Assembly: GCA_036676495.1 (NCBI GenBank)
Contig: JAKFCT010000057.1
Span: forward strand, 1 to 55,485
Reading direction: 5' to 3'
Source of the DNA: Candidatus Sericytochromatia bacterium
GTDB lineage: Bacteria > Cyanobacteriota > Sericytochromatia > S15B-MN24 > UBA4093
DNA: 55,485 bases
The notes below the pieces were generated by a model that was not told where the DNA came from, did no database searches, and saw only the letters and a list, made by a program, of their open reading frames with translations. Positions within the stretch are counted from its first letter, which is position 1; each line of letters opens with the position of its first letter. Positions 18,668 to 29,830 of the stretch are shown one piece after another. The translations under genes and the position numbers were made by a program.

Positions 18668-19684
18668 ATGCAGCCTAAAACCAAGTTGCTAGCCGGAGCC
18701 ATGGCGCTCCTGACGCTTCTGGCCTCCGGTTGCGGCCAGGCTCCCAACGCCGCCCCCACCGACAAGGGGGATCGGATCGTCATGAAGATCCCCGCCGGCC
18801 GCGTGACGGGCTTCTACACCAAGAACGTGATCTACCGGGTCGACGAGGACATCACGATCGGCATGCCCAACCTCAATGCCGACATCCAGGTCTACGAGCC
18901 GAACCAGCCGTTCATCCCCGCCAACCGCGAGGACTACGTCGTCCGCATCCATACCGGCGACATGGTCATCGACCAGGATGCGATGGCCAAGATCTTCAAC
19001 AAGTACGAGCTCACCTATCCCGGCTGCCCGCTGAGCAACCTCTCCATCGAGGCCAAGCAGGGCAAGCTCAAGATGTCTGGTACCCTCCGTAAGGGCATTC
19101 CGCTTCCCTTCGAGATGGAAGGCTCCCTTCGCCCCAACGGCAACGGGCAGGTCGTGCTGACGCCGGATTCCGTGAAGTCCGCCGGCATCCCGGTCAAGGG
19201 CCTGATGAACCTCATCGGCCTCGAGGTCGCCAGCCTGATGAACTCCCGGCCCAACGGCGGCATGAAGATCGACGGCAACGACATCATCATCTATCCCGAC
19301 AAGCTGCTTCCCGCCCCGGCCATCAGCGGCTTCGTCTCCGGCGTCCGGGTCGAGCCCGGCAAGGTCATCATGGTCTTCGACGACCAGGTCCGCCGCGACG
19401 TCCCGCCCCTGCCCGAGCCCTGGGCCCAGAACTGGATCCTCATGCACGGCGGCAACGTCCTGATCAACAGCCACCTGATCCTCGACGCCTCGCTGCACAT
19501 GATCGACCTCAACCCCAAGGACCCCATGCACTACTACATGCCGCTCTACCGCGAGCAGCTCGAGGCCGGCTTCACCGTTGCCACCCGCAACTCCACCATC
19601 GCCTACCTGCCGGATCTCTACGACATCCACGCGCCCTTGCCCCGCTACCGCCCCCAGATGCCGGGCTCGCCGGGCGCTTATTAG
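18668..19684 (+). CDS. Hypothetical beta-rich lipoprotein
   Basis: Lipobox LASGC; RBS GAGGAGG; strong codon bias. Confidence 0.75.
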   Translation: MQPKTKLLAGAMALLTLLASGCGQAPNAAPTDKGDRIVMKIPAGRVTGFYTKNVIYRVDEDITIGMPNLNADIQVYEPNQPFIPANREDYVVRIHTGDMVIDQDAMAKIFNKYELTYPGCPLSNLSIEAKQGKLKMSGTLRKGIPLPFEMEGSLRPNGNGQVVLTPDSVKSAGIPVKGLMNLIGLEVASLMNSRPNGGMKIDGNDIIIYPDKLLPAPAISGFVSGVRVEPGKVIMVFDDQVRRDVPPLPEPWAQNWILMHGGNVLINSHLILDASLHMIDLNPKDPMHYYMPLYREQLEAGFTVATRNSTIAYLPDLYDIHAPLPRYRPQMPGSPGAY

Positions 19685-19778
19685 CGCCCGCGGCTGTTGC
19701 GTGAGGCCGCGAGCGATAGCCGTGAGTCGCATGATAGGGGTTGGTTTTTTGCGCGCGGTCCTGTAGCAACGTTTCGCA

Positions 19779-20549
19779 CTAAGAAACGACTTCGTAGACC
19801 ATCCTCAGGGCCGTCACCAGAATGGTGGCGGCCAAAAGCTTGCGCAGCACGCTCACCGGCAAACGATGGCTGACCTTGGCGCCCTGGGGGGCGCCGACGA
19901 GCGCTCCCAGCACCAGGAAGATCGACTCCTGCCACGGGATCTGGTGGGCCAGGGCCTTGCCCAGGGTGCCCATCAGGCCGGCGACGAAGACCACGGCGAT
20001 CGACGTCCCGATCACCAGGCGAATCGGAAGCCGGAAGAAGGTCGTCAGGAGCGGGATCATCAGGACGCCGCCTCCGATCCCCACCAGCCCGGAGGCCAGG
20101 CCGACGCCCAGCGCCAGCACCGCCGCGAGCTTGAACCGGAAGTCCTTCGGAACCTCCGTGCCCTCGTCGGAGCCCGCGGCCGGGACCATCATCAGCAGGG
20201 CCGCGACGACGGCGATCGCCGCGAAAACGAGCGTCAGCGCGCGTTCGGAAACCATCCCCGAGGCGACTCCCCCGATGAGGGCCCCGATCGCGACGGCGAT
20301 CCCCAGGGGAACGACCAACTCCCGGGGCACGGACCCCCACCGGGCATGGGCGCGCATGCCCATCAGCGACGCGGCGAGCACCTGCACCATGCTCATCCCG
20401 ACCACCTGCGCCATAGAGTAAGGGCCGATGCCGAAGAGGGGCGGCACGTAGAGGGCCAGGGGAATCAGGATCACGCCGCCCCCGATTCCCAGCAAACCGG
20501 AGGCGAAGGCTCCCAGAAAGCCGATCGCCACCAAGAGCAATTCCGCCAC
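19779..20549 (-). CDS. TSUP (TauE/SafE) family permease
   Basis: Duplicated SGLxGIGGGVxxIP motifs; multiple TM. Confidence 0.9.
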   Translation of the reverse strand: MAELLLVAIGFLGAFASGLLGIGGGVILIPLALYVPPLFGIGPYSMAQVVGMSMVQVLAASLMGMRAHARWGSVPRELVVPLGIAVAIGALIGGVASGMVSERALTLVFAAIAVVAALLMMVPAAGSDEGTEVPKDFRFKLAAVLALGVGLASGLVGIGGGVLMIPLLTTFFRLPIRLVIGTSIAVVFVAGLMGTLGKALAHQIPWQESIFLVLGALVGAPQGAKVSHRLPVSVLRKLLAATILVTALRMVYEVVS

Positions 20550-20637
20550 GCCAAACTCTCCTCTCGAACCCGCGCGTCCCCATGATACTCCTCCTGCGGC
20601 GCGGGGCTCCCCCTTGCGCGGGCCGGGGGAAGGCCTT

Positions 20638-21810
20638 ATGCTCGAACTCATGTTCCCTATCGTCGGCTACAAGACCCGCAAGTCCCCCCTCTCCCGTTTC
20701 AAGGCTCCCTTGATCGCCGGTGGCATCGGGCTGAGCGTGCTGGGCCTCCTGGGGGCGCTCATCTACCATCCCTTCTCCGGAGCGCTCGGACCGCAATCTC
20801 GCTCGGTGCAGGCGCTTCCCGCCATCGCGGCCGAGGTGCCCCCGGACCTGGTCTGGGGCGTTTCCTGGCATCCCGAGCGCCTCATGGATCTGCCGGGCGG
20901 CTACCGGAGTCAGCTGAAGGCGGTCGAGGACCTCGGAGTCGGGCTGATCCGCTTCGACGTCCACTGGAACCGCATGCAGCCGCAGGCCGGACAGCCCCTG
21001 GACGTGAAGGAGCTGCCTTATTTCCGCGCGCTGATCGCGGACGCCCGGGCCCGAAACCTCCAGGTGAAGGTCAACCTCGGCGGCTACCCTTCCTGGGCCG
21101 TGGAGCGGATCCACCAGGATCCGGAGGCCTTCTATGCCGCGTACCGGCCGTACGTGAGGACGGTGGTCGAGGCGCTCGGCACCGGCGTGGACTACTACCA
21201 GATGGGCAACGAGTTCAACACCATCCTGGATCCGATCCCGGAGGCCCAGGACGGGCGGCTCTTCCGCGAGGCGCGCGCCGAGATCGATCGGGCCAGGGCG
21301 GCGCGGCCGGGCTGGGGCGTCAAGACGGTGATCAACGCGTGCGACACCTTCTACCTGCCCTGGAAGGACGACCTGGAGCGGGTGCTGGAGGAGGCGTCGG
21401 CGTCGATCGACGTGATCGGCTACGACTTCTACCCGGGGAACTACTCGCATCCCCACGACTGGAGCGCCTGGCATACGCTCGATTACCTGTCGGGCCTCAT
21501 GGAGCGCTACGACAAGGAGGGGGCCATCTGCGAGACGGGCTGCCCCGCGTTCCTCGGGGAAGGCCGGCAGGCGAGGTGGATCACGGAGTCGGCGACGGCG
21601 CTGCGGCAGGCGATCGCGGCCAGCCCCGCGCGGGATCGCTTCCGTTTCGCCGTCTTCTATGAGCTGGCGGACGATCCGCATATCAAGGCCTGGCCTCCGC
21701 CGACGGAGAACACGTTCGGGCTTGTGGCCTCCGACGGCCGGCGCAAGCCCGGTTTCGAGGCGTTCCGGCAGGTCGTTCAGGCGCCGCGGGCGCCGGGGGG
21801 TGGGAGTTGA
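20638..21810 (+). CDS. Clan GH-A glycoside hydrolase (GH5/GH39-like), membrane-anchored
   Basis: IRFDVHW, GNEFN acid/base, ICETG nucleophile, FGL. Confidence 0.75.
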   Translation: MLELMFPIVGYKTRKSPLSRFKAPLIAGGIGLSVLGLLGALIYHPFSGALGPQSRSVQALPAIAAEVPPDLVWGVSWHPERLMDLPGGYRSQLKAVEDLGVGLIRFDVHWNRMQPQAGQPLDVKELPYFRALIADARARNLQVKVNLGGYPSWAVERIHQDPEAFYAAYRPYVRTVVEALGTGVDYYQMGNEFNTILDPIPEAQDGRLFREARAEIDRARAARPGWGVKTVINACDTFYLPWKDDLERVLEEASASIDVIGYDFYPGNYSHPHDWSAWHTLDYLSGLMERYDKEGAICETGCPAFLGEGRQARWITESATALRQAIAASPARDRFRFAVFYELADDPHIKAWPPPTENTFGLVASDGRRKPGFEAFRQVVQAPRAPGGGS

Positions 21811-22004
21811 ACTTCGAGACCGTCTACGCCACGCTGGCCGAGGCCATCCGGCTGGGGCCGCATCAGCAGATCGCGCTGGTCCAGGCCGTCGACGAGGCCT
21901 ATGCGCTGATGGACGCCGAGGAGCTGTCGGACGAGCAGATCCTGTCCTTGAAGGTCCTGATTTCCCATGCCGAAGGCTTGATTGGCCGTTACTTCGGGAT
22001 GTGA
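21807..22004 (+). CDS. Small helical hypothetical protein
   Basis: TTG start overlapping upstream stop, GGGAG RBS; 65 aa. Confidence 0.5.
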   Translation: MNFETVYATLAEAIRLGPHQQIALVQAVDEAYALMDAEELSDEQILSLKVLISHAEGLIGRYFGM

Positions 22005-22096
22005 GCGGGAGGCGGCCTGAGATTTCCTTTGGCCGTTCGACCATGGCCTCCACGCCCTCCTTTCGCCTACGGTGAGGGACGGTAAAGGAGAGCACC

Positions 22097-22558
22097 ATGC
22101 GCGCCACCCAGTTTCGGATCGGGATCGCGTTCGGGCTGGCTCTCGGTCTCGGGGGCTGTGAGCCCGGCGGGACCGTCGGAGGCCCCAACCCGCAGCAAAT
22201 CCCGATCATCACGCGCTTCGAGGTCTTCCCGAACCCCCAGGCTCCGGGCACGGGACCGTTCGAGATCCTGGCCCATGCGAGCGGGGAGGGCGTGCTGCAG
22301 TTCACGTGGAGCGCGACCGGAGGCTGGCTTTCGGTGGCCAGCCAGAGCGCGACGGCCTCGGGGATGGTCCTGGTTCCCAGCTTCAGCGCATGGCAACCTC
22401 CCGAGACCATGGGCACGTACGAAGTCTCGCTCGTCGTTCAGGACTCGGGGGGAGGCACTTACCGCCGGATCGCTCGTTTTCAGGTCGAGCGCAACGCCAC
22501 GCGGATCCTGGCTCCGCAGCCTTCCCAGGTGGGGCCTCCGGATCGGGGGAGCTTCTAA
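22097..22558 (+). CDS. Lipoprotein with Ig/PKD-like beta domain
   Basis: Lipobox LGGC; [25 protein letters not shown]. Confidence 0.7.
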   Translation: MRATQFRIGIAFGLALGLGGCEPGGTVGGPNPQQIPIITRFEVFPNPQAPGTGPFEILAHASGEGVLQFTWSATGGWLSVASQSATASGMVLVPSFSAWQPPETMGTYEVSLVVQDSGGGTYRRIARFQVERNATRILAPQPSQVGPPDRGSF

Positions 22559-22614
22559 AAACCGTCCAATCGGGGCATACTGGGTTTTGCAAACCTCTTT
22601 GGCGGGAGAAGAAC

Positions 22615-24000
22615 GTGGACCCAAGTACGCTTAACGAATTCCTGATCGTCCTCGGGGTGACGGGCGGCCTGGTGGCCGCCGTGAACCTCTTGCATTACAT
22701 GCGGCACGGCACCGGCCTCCAGTTCAAGCTGGCCATCATCACGGCTCCGCTTCTGCTCACCGTGACCCCGGCCGGCTGGCTCATCGGCAAGTACGGGCTC
22801 AACCCGCGGGTGATCCTGGTCGCGGCCGTGCTCGCCTTGCTGGCGGCGGCCCTCAAGGACTACGCGACCCGGCGCTGGGTGATCCGCCCGATCCAGGCGC
22901 TCAAGACCTACAGCCAGGCGATCGCCCAGGGTCACCTCTCCGCCTCCCTGGAGCTTGACCAGCGCGACGAGATCGGCGAGATGGCCGCCACGCTGCGCGA
23001 CATGCGCGCGACCCTGCAAGGCATCATGGCCGAGGTCCGCTCGGCCTCCGACACCGTCGCCGCGGCCGCCGAGCAAGCCCACGCCCGCATCCAGGAAACC
23101 ACCGACGCCATGGGCCAGCTGGGCGATCGGACCCATCGCGTGGCCCAGAGCGCCGAGGTGCTTTCCGGGGACGTCTCCAAGACCACGGCCCTCATGCAGG
23201 AGATCATCACCAGCATCCAGGGCGTCGCCCAGACCGCCGAGGAGACCTCCGCGGTCAAGACCCTCGCCTCCCAGGCCGCCGAGTCGGGCAGCCACGCCGT
23301 CACCAAGACCGTCCAGGCCATGGGGGGCATCGAGCAGTCCATGCAGCGGATCGTCGCGGTGATCGAGGAGCTGGGCCGCAGCTCGGCCGAGATCGGCACC
23401 ATCATGGGCCTGATCGACGGGATCGCCAAGAAGACCAACCTCCTCGCCCTCAACGCCGCCATCGAGGCGGCGCGCGCCGGCGAGCACGGCAAGGGCTTCG
23501 CGGTCGTCGCCGACGAGGTCCGCCGCCTCGCCGAGCACTCGGCGCAGGCCACCGGGGATTCCGCCAAGCTGCTTCTCGAGATTCAAAACCAGATCGACGA
23601 GGCCCTGCTCTTGACGCGCCAGGGCAGCGACTCGATCCAGGGCGGCATGGCCCTGGCCCAGTCGACCGGCCTCGCGCTCGACGATATCGTCGCTTCCATG
23701 GCCCAGGTGGCCGACCGCCTGGAGGTGATCCGCCTGGCGACGCGCGAACAAGCCAGCAGCGGAAACGGCGTCCTCCGCTCCGTCGAATCCATGACCCGTC
23801 TCACCCAGCAGGTCTCCGCGGCCACCTCGGAGCAGGAGCGCGACGGAGCCCGCATGCACGACGCCCTGGGCGATATCCGCCGGATGGCGGCCAGCCTGCA
23901 GCATGAGGCCCATGCCCTCCGCGAGGCCATCGCCTTCTTCAAGCAGGAAGAGGCGCAGCGCAAGGTCCCACAGGCCTTGACCGTCCTTCCGAGGGATTGA
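22615..24000 (+). CDS. Methyl-accepting chemotaxis protein
   Basis: TM segments, HAMP (DEIGEMA), [37 protein letters not shown]. Confidence 0.95.
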   Translation: MDPSTLNEFLIVLGVTGGLVAAVNLLHYMRHGTGLQFKLAIITAPLLLTVTPAGWLIGKYGLNPRVILVAAVLALLAAALKDYATRRWVIRPIQALKTYSQAIAQGHLSASLELDQRDEIGEMAATLRDMRATLQGIMAEVRSASDTVAAAAEQAHARIQETTDAMGQLGDRTHRVAQSAEVLSGDVSKTTALMQEIITSIQGVAQTAEETSAVKTLASQAAESGSHAVTKTVQAMGGIEQSMQRIVAVIEELGRSSAEIGTIMGLIDGIAKKTNLLALNAAIEAARAGEHGKGFAVVADEVRRLAEHSAQATGDSAKLLLEIQNQIDEALLLTRQGSDSIQGGMALAQSTGLALDDIVASMAQVADRLEVIRLATREQASSGNGVLRSVESMTRLTQQVSAATSEQERDGARMHDALGDIRRMAASLQHEAHALREAIAFFKQEEAQRKVPQALTVLPRD

Positions 24001-24026
24001 CGAAACAAAACTTCATAAAGTAGAAT
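23997..24026 (+). promoter_or_regulatory. Sigma70-type promoter
   Basis: TTGACG-N18-TAGAAT; spacer contains AAAACTTCATAAA. Confidence 0.55.
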
Positions 24027-24086
24027 TCTCTTGGCGCTTGCACCCTTGCCGTCCGTCGGCACCGTGAGCTGAAAGGAGTTTCGACT

Positions 24087-24287
24087 ATGCTGTTGATCTT
24101 AGCTTCGGCCTTCTTGATGGTGGGGGGCGTTCTGGGATTCGGCCTCTGCGCCCTCTTCGCGGGAACGGCCCTCAGCCAGTCCAACTCCGAGCTCGAGAGC
24201 GCCAAGGCGCAGGTCGAAATCCTCAAGGCCCTGCTCGAGGAGGGCAAGGCCACTTTCAAGGATTTCGCCCCAGCCCCCAGCCCCTGA
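24087..24287 (+). CDS. Small membrane protein with coiled tail
   Basis: AAAGGAG RBS; N-terminal TM helix. Confidence 0.6.
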   Translation: MLLILASAFLMVGGVLGFGLCALFAGTALSQSNSELESAKAQVEILKALLEEGKATFKDFAPAPSP

Positions 24288-24438
24288 GCCCCATCGGCCG
24301 CCAGAACGCCCGCCCAGCAGATCCTGAAGGCCGCGTGTGAGGCGGCCTTCGCCCCGATCCTCCGGCTTGACTCCTTTTGGGGGCTGGACATTCGCCAGGC
24401 ATTCGTAGCAAAATCAAGTTGGCGTCAATGAGGATGCG

Positions 24439-26019
24439 ATGGCGATGGACGACCAGCTTAAATCCCGCGAGCAGCTTATCGCGGAACTCGACCAGCTCCG
24501 GGCCGAACGTGAGACGCTCGACCATCTGGAGGTGGTTCCGGATCAGATCTTTCGGCTTGCCCCCGATTTCACCCTGATCGGCTACCTGGGGGGCAAGGAC
24601 GCCACGCCGATGATTCCCCCCGAGCAATTCCTCGGGCGGCACCTCCTCGAGGTCTTCCCCGGCGCCCTGGGCCGCCAGTTCCTGGCCACCCTCGAAGCCG
24701 CGCAGCAGACCGGTGACGTCCAGTCCCTCGAATACCAGCTCGAGCTCGACGGCCAGTTCCAAACCTTCGAGGTTCGTGCGCTTCGCGCCAGCCACGGAGA
24801 GGTGCTCGCCTTCGTCCGGGATATCACGGAGCGCGTGCGCACCGAGGAGAGCCTTCGCACCAGCCAGCAGCTGCTGACGGACTCTCAGCGGATCGCCCAT
24901 ATCGGATCCTGGCGCTGGGAGCTCAAGACCGGCGCAATCATGTGGACCGACGAGCAGTACCGGATCTTCGGCTACGCCCCCTGCGAGATCATGCCGACGC
25001 CCGAGGCCTTCCTCTCCCATGTGCCGCTGGACGAACGCGAGGGGGTCAAGGGAAAGCTTCTTTCCTCGGCGAAGAGCGGCGAGCCCTACAGCTGCGAGCA
25101 CCACATCGTGCGCCGGGACGGCGAGGTTCGCGTGGTCCTCTGCACCGCCCATGTCCTGCGCGACGCCACCGGCCGCCCGCATGCCATGGTCGGCACCACC
25201 CAGGACATCACGGAACGAAAGGCCCTCGAAGAGGCCCTCAGAGCTCAGAACGACCAGCTCCTGGAGCTGGATCGCCTCAAGAGCAGCTTCGTCAATTCCG
25301 TCACCCACGAGCTGCGCACCCCGCTCACCTCGATCATGGGCTACGCCGAGTTCCTCGAGGACGAGGTGGCCGGCGGCCTCAACCCGGACCAGCACGCCTT
25401 CGTCACCCAGATCCAGCGTGGCGCGGTCCGCCTCGGCAACCTGGTGGACGACCTGCTCGACTTCGCGCGTCTGCAATCCGGAGCCTTCAAGCTCCTGATC
25501 CGAGAGGTCGACCTGGGAGGGAAGCTTGCGGAGACGCTCGACGCCTTGTATCCCCAGGCGCAGGAGGCTCAAGTGGCTCTCGGTCACGCCCTCTGCGCGG
25601 ACCTGCCCGCGTTTCGCGGGGACCCCGAGCGCATCGGGCAGGTGCTCACCAATTTGATCGGAAATGCCATCAAGTTCACGCCCCCGGGAGGGCGCGTCGA
25701 TGTCGCGGTCTCCGTCTCGGGCGGGGAGATCCGCGTGGAGGTCCGGGACACGGGCATCGGGATCTCCCCTCAGCATCAGGCCAAGCTCTTCCAGAAGTTT
25801 TATCAGATCGACCCCAGCACCACCCGCGAGAAGGGCGGGGCGGGCCTGGGGCTTTCCATCTCGAAGGCCCTCGTCGAGGCCCACGGCGGCCAGATTGGCG
25901 TGACGAGCACGCTTGGCGAGGGCTCCTGCTTCTGGTTCATGTTGCCGATTGAGCCTCCGTCCTGCTACTCCGAGCGCTCCTTCAAGGCCCGTCCCTCGGC
26001 GCCTTCGCGCCGGGACTAG
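24439..26019 (+). CDS. Cytoplasmic PAS-PAS histidine kinase
   Basis: Two PAS domains; THELRTPLTSI, NLIGNAIKFT, DTGIGI, GAGLGL. Confidence 0.95.
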   Translation: MAMDDQLKSREQLIAELDQLRAERETLDHLEVVPDQIFRLAPDFTLIGYLGGKDATPMIPPEQFLGRHLLEVFPGALGRQFLATLEAAQQTGDVQSLEYQLELDGQFQTFEVRALRASHGEVLAFVRDITERVRTEESLRTSQQLLTDSQRIAHIGSWRWELKTGAIMWTDEQYRIFGYAPCEIMPTPEAFLSHVPLDEREGVKGKLLSSAKSGEPYSCEHHIVRRDGEVRVVLCTAHVLRDATGRPHAMVGTTQDITERKALEEALRAQNDQLLELDRLKSSFVNSVTHELRTPLTSIMGYAEFLEDEVAGGLNPDQHAFVTQIQRGAVRLGNLVDDLLDFARLQSGAFKLLIREVDLGGKLAETLDALYPQAQEAQVALGHALCADLPAFRGDPERIGQVLTNLIGNAIKFTPPGGRVDVAVSVSGGEIRVEVRDTGIGISPQHQAKLFQKFYQIDPSTTREKGGAGLGLSISKALVEAHGGQIGVTSTLGEGSCFWFMLPIEPPSCYSERSFKARPSAPSRRD

Positions 26020-26022
26020 GCG

Positions 26023-27546
26023 ATGACTGACTCCTCCTGGCCGCACGTGACGGCTGCCCTGCGGGCCCTGAGCGACCATAGCAGCGACCCGATGATCGTG
26101 AAGGACCTGGAAGGGCGCTTTCAGTACATGAACGCCGCGGGGCGCGCCTTCTTCGGCGTCGCTCCCGACGCGGTGCTCGACAAGACCCTGGGGGATCTGC
26201 TCGGGGCCGACTGGGGCTGGGAGGCGCGAGAAACCGATCTTGCGGCGATCGCCAGCGGAGCGCCCCAGCAAGCCGAGCTGGAACTCCCGGATCGCACGGG
26301 ATGCCTGCGCACCTTCACGGTCACCAAGCATGCCGTCCGGGATCCCGAGGGAGCCATCCAGGCGATCGGGCTTCTCATGCGGGAGATCTCCCAGCGCAAG
26401 GAGGCTGAGAACCTCCTCCTGCAGAGCCAGTCCACTTTCCTTAGCCTGCTCGGGTCAGCCTTCGAGGGTTTCGCGATCCATGAAAACGGCATCTTTCTTG
26501 AGGTCAGCGAAGGCCTGGCCCAGATGTTCGGCTATTCGACCGAGGAGTTGATCGGCATGTACGCCGTCAACATCGCGATCCCCGAGCACCGTGAACAGAT
26601 CGTCCAGTACATCCGCACGGGCTACGACAAGCCCTACGAGGCGGAGGGCTTGCGGCCGGACGGGACCCGCATCTATGTCGAGATGATCGGTCGTCCGTTC
26701 TATCATCAGGGGCGCTGGCTCCGAGTCACGGCCTTCCGGGACATTACCGAGCGCAAGCAGCTCGAGGCCACCTTGCGCGAGCAGAACGAGAAACTCAAGG
26801 ATCTCGACCGCCTCAAGAACGGCTTCATCAGCTCGGTTTCTCACGAGTTGCGCACGCCGCTGGCGTCGATCATGGGGTATTCGGAGTTCCTCGAGGACGA
26901 GGTCGCCGGCGCCCTGAACCCCGATCAACAGACCTTCGTGCGCCAGATCGCGGAGGGAGCCCGCCGCTTGCAGCTGCTGGTGGATGATTTGCTGGATTTC
27001 GCGCGGTTCGATTCCGGGGCGTTTCGGATTCACCCGCGGGAGGCCGACCTGGCGGAAAAGGTCGCGGAGATCGTGAACAGCTTGCAGCCGCAAGCGATCG
27101 AGGCGGCGCTTCGGCTCACCGTCCAGCTTCCAGGCGAGGAAGTGCCCCTGGCGTTCGATCCCGAGCGGATCGGCCAGGTGCTGCTCAATCTCTTGGGGAA
27201 CGCCATCAAGTTCACGCCCCGGGGAGGACGCATCGAGGTGCGGCTCCTGCCTGCGGAAGCAGACGTGCGCATCGAGGTGGAGGACAGCGGCATCGGCATC
27301 GACCCGGAGAATCTCCCCAAGCTCTTCCAGAAGTTCTTTCAGATCGACCCCAGCACCACCCGCGAGAAGGGCGGGGCGGGTCTGGGGCTTTCCATCTCGA
27401 AGGCCCTGGTCGAGGCCCACGGCGGCCGGATTGGGGTCGAGAGCCGCCGGGGCGCCGGCTCGCTCTTCTGGTTCACCTTGCCCCGGGGCCAGGCCACCGG
27501 CGGCGTCCCCGACGTCCCCGGAGCTCCGGATCGGATCTCGCGCTGA
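26023..27546 (+). CDS. Cytoplasmic PAS-PAS histidine kinase (paralog)
   Basis: [33 protein letters not shown]. Confidence 0.95.
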   Translation: MTDSSWPHVTAALRALSDHSSDPMIVKDLEGRFQYMNAAGRAFFGVAPDAVLDKTLGDLLGADWGWEARETDLAAIASGAPQQAELELPDRTGCLRTFTVTKHAVRDPEGAIQAIGLLMREISQRKEAENLLLQSQSTFLSLLGSAFEGFAIHENGIFLEVSEGLAQMFGYSTEELIGMYAVNIAIPEHREQIVQYIRTGYDKPYEAEGLRPDGTRIYVEMIGRPFYHQGRWLRVTAFRDITERKQLEATLREQNEKLKDLDRLKNGFISSVSHELRTPLASIMGYSEFLEDEVAGALNPDQQTFVRQIAEGARRLQLLVDDLLDFARFDSGAFRIHPREADLAEKVAEIVNSLQPQAIEAALRLTVQLPGEEVPLAFDPERIGQVLLNLLGNAIKFTPRGGRIEVRLLPAEADVRIEVEDSGIGIDPENLPKLFQKFFQIDPSTTREKGGAGLGLSISKALVEAHGGRIGVESRRGAGSLFWFTLPRGQATGGVPDVPGAPDRISR

Positions 27547-27559
27547 CCCGTCAAGCGGA

Positions 27560-27844
27560 TCAGGGGCGGTAGTCCAGCGCGGAGAGACTGTCACGCTCCA
27601 GCGCCTCGCCCCTGAGCGCCTTGCGGAGCCAGAACTCGGTGACCTTTCCAGCCATCACCACCCGACCGTCGAGCGCGATCACCGGGATGGCGTACCGGTA
27701 GCGGTCGTAGAGCTCCGGCTCCCGGGTGATGTCCACTTCCTCAACCGTCAGGGGCACGTCCTGGGCCACCCGCTCCACGAGGAGCTTGGCCTTGTCGCAA
27801 AGCGAGCAGCCAGGACCGGAGTAGAGCGTCAATCGAACGGGCAA
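27560..27844 (-). CDS. Glutaredoxin-like (DUF836-type) protein
   Basis: [17 protein letters not shown]. Confidence 0.8.
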   Translation of the reverse strand: MPVRLTLYSGPGCSLCDKAKLLVERVAQDVPLTVEEVDITREPELYDRYRYAIPVIALDGRVVMAGKVTEFWLRKALRGEALERDSLSALDYRP

Positions 27845-27907
27845 CCGGAACCTCCCAGGATGGGCCGATGGAGCGAAGCCGCGGGCGCCTTGGCTGCGCC
27901 CAGGGCG

Positions 27908-28615
27908 CTAGAGCTTGAAGAGATCGTCGGAGAGCTTGGGATTGAGCGCCATTCCGGAGAGCTGGGCCCGGAAGACCACGGTCGTTCCCTCGAAGCCCTC
28001 GACTTGCAGGGGCATGCGGTTCTGGCGATCGATGGCGAGCTGCATCTTGGAGCATCCGGGCAGCACGCCGGAGCCCTTGGTGACGTCGAGCAGGTCCGCG
28101 GGGCGCCCGGCGATCGTCACCGTGCCGGCATGGCGCACGGAGGCCGCCGGATCCAGGAGGCCTTCGATAATGGAGGTGAGGCTCGTCTGGTCGATCCGAT
28201 AGCCGCGCAGCGAGAGCACCTGCGGATCGTCGTAGGGGAGGGTCCGCTTGATGAAGCCGAGCTTGGCGGTGATGCGGCCGTCGCCGAGGTAGACGAGCTT
28301 GGCGCCGCGCTTGGTGACGGAGTCGGCCTCGGTGATGTTCGCGCGGAGCTTCTGGGGACGGGCCCAGAAGAACTCGGCCTTGCTGGTCGTGGTCTCGCGC
28401 CCCTTCTGCTCGAAGAAGGCCACGACGCCCGAGGCGCTCGTCGTCTTGCTCCAGGTCTGGCGGACGGCTTCCACCACCGCGCCCGCCTGGGCGTCCTTGG
28501 CACGAAGGCCCTGCTCCGAGCCTTGGTTCAGCTGAGGAAGGAACGGGCTGACGCCGCAACCGGTCATAAAGGCGGCCAGGGTGACGCCTGCCAGCAGGAT
28601 TCTGAGCTTTCGCAT
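27908..28615 (-). CDS. LolA-like lipoprotein
   Basis: Lipobox MTGC; FFWARPQKLRA, LAIDRQNRMP, C-terminal NPKLSDDLF. Confidence 0.7.
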   Translation of the reverse strand: MRKLRILLAGVTLAAFMTGCGVSPFLPQLNQGSEQGLRAKDAQAGAVVEAVRQTWSKTTSASGVVAFFEQKGRETTTSKAEFFWARPQKLRANITEADSVTKRGAKLVYLGDGRITAKLGFIKRTLPYDDPQVLSLRGYRIDQTSLTSIIEGLLDPAASVRHAGTVTIAGRPADLLDVTKGSGVLPGCSKMQLAIDRQNRMPLQVEGFEGTTVVFRAQLSGMALNPKLSDDLFKL

Positions 28616-28649
28616 GAGGCCTCCATCGCTAAAGGACGAACGCCTAATT

Positions 28650-28664
28650 TTAACTTATTTTTAA
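28650..28664. promoter_or_regulatory. TTAA-N7-TTAA box
   Basis: TTAACTTATTTTTAA 35 bp upstream of the 28615 start. Confidence 0.5.
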
Positions 28665-28707
28665 GCGAATGAAAACATATCGGGATCCCTGCCGCGCATG
28701 CGGGGGC

Positions 28708-29427
28708 TCAGGGGCGCTTCCGGGTGGCGGTGCGGCGCAGCATCATGCAGATCGTGAGCCAGAAGCAAGCGACCAGGGCTCCGGCGACGACGTCGGTGAA
28801 CCAGTGGACACCGAGGTAGAGCCGGCTCCACATGATGCCTGCGGGGATCGCGAGCAGGGCCAGGGCGGCCGGCCAGGTCTTCCGGGGATTCTCCATGAGC
28901 ACGAGCAGGCTCAGGAAGCCGTAGAGGCAGACGCTCAGCAGGGAGTGCCCGCTCGGAAAGGAGTAGCTGGTCTCGGGGGCCAGGCTTTCGAAGAGGGCGG
29001 GGCGGGGCTGCTGGAAGAGCTGTTTCAGGACGACGGTGAGGGTGCCGGCGCCGGCGAGCACGATCATCAGGGTCGCGGCCTCGATCGGCCGCCTGAGCAC
29101 GGCCAGCAGGGTCAGGACGCCGCCGGCGATCAGCAGGCTTCCCATGATGCCCCCGAGGGCGCTCAGGGACAGGGCCAGCTGATCGAGCCAGGGGGAGGCA
29201 TGCGCGTGAAGCAGGTGGAGGATGGCATGGTTGAGGGTGGTGAACTCTCCCTCGAGGACGTCCTCGGCGAGGCTGGCGAAGAGGCCCAGCAAGGCGAGCG
29301 CCATCCCCCAGCCCAGGGCGTAGAACCATCCCAGGCGTCGGATCAGGCGGAAAAGGCCTGCGAGAGTGGCCGAGAGGATCCCGCTGAGGGTGCCTCCTCG
29401 GGGGCTAGGGCTTTCGGGCGGTTTCAA
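28708..29427 (-). CDS. PAP2 family phosphatase
   Basis: KQLFQQPRP, SFPSGH, SRLYLGVHWFTDV. Confidence 0.92.
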   Translation of the reverse strand: MKPPESPSPRGGTLSGILSATLAGLFRLIRRLGWFYALGWGMALALLGLFASLAEDVLEGEFTTLNHAILHLLHAHASPWLDQLALSLSALGGIMGSLLIAGGVLTLLAVLRRPIEAATLMIVLAGAGTLTVVLKQLFQQPRPALFESLAPETSYSFPSGHSLLSVCLYGFLSLLVLMENPRKTWPAALALLAIPAGIMWSRLYLGVHWFTDVVAGALVACFWLTICMMLRRTATRKRP

Positions 29428-29598
29428 GGGATGGGGACTCCGATCGACATGAGGGCCCTTTTATTCAACCACGTCCGAGCGCTTGAGTCGGGTGGGGGAG
29501 GGAAAAGCTAATCGGATTGAAACCTGGAGTTCATCTTGCGGAGGCAAGGAGCCCGTAACCTGGGGGGCGAAGGCGTTCCGACGAGAGAGGAGAGAGCG

Positions 29599-29820
29599 AT
29601 GCGACGCTGGTTGATGGTCATGGTGGCCGGGACGATGCTGCTCACGGGCTGCGTCACGCACCATACCTACCGCTCGGAGGCCCCGGGGCATTACAAGGGG
29701 TACTACCTCCAGGATGGCACCTACGTGAAGGTTCATCCGAAGAAGAGCTACGTCCAGGGCTACGTGCTCAGGGACGGGCGTCACGTCAAGGTGCACCCGA
29801 AGAAGGGCAAGAAGAAGTAG
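29599..29820 (+). CDS. Small basic lipoprotein with tandem GY.L.DG..VKVHPKK repeat
   Basis: Lipobox LTGC; two 18-aa repeats; GAGGAG RBS. Confidence 0.7.
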   Translation: MRRWLMVMVAGTMLLTGCVTHHTYRSEAPGHYKGYYLQDGTYVKVHPKKSYVQGYVLRDGRHVKVHPKKGKKK

Positions 29821-29830
29821 CTTGCCAAGC

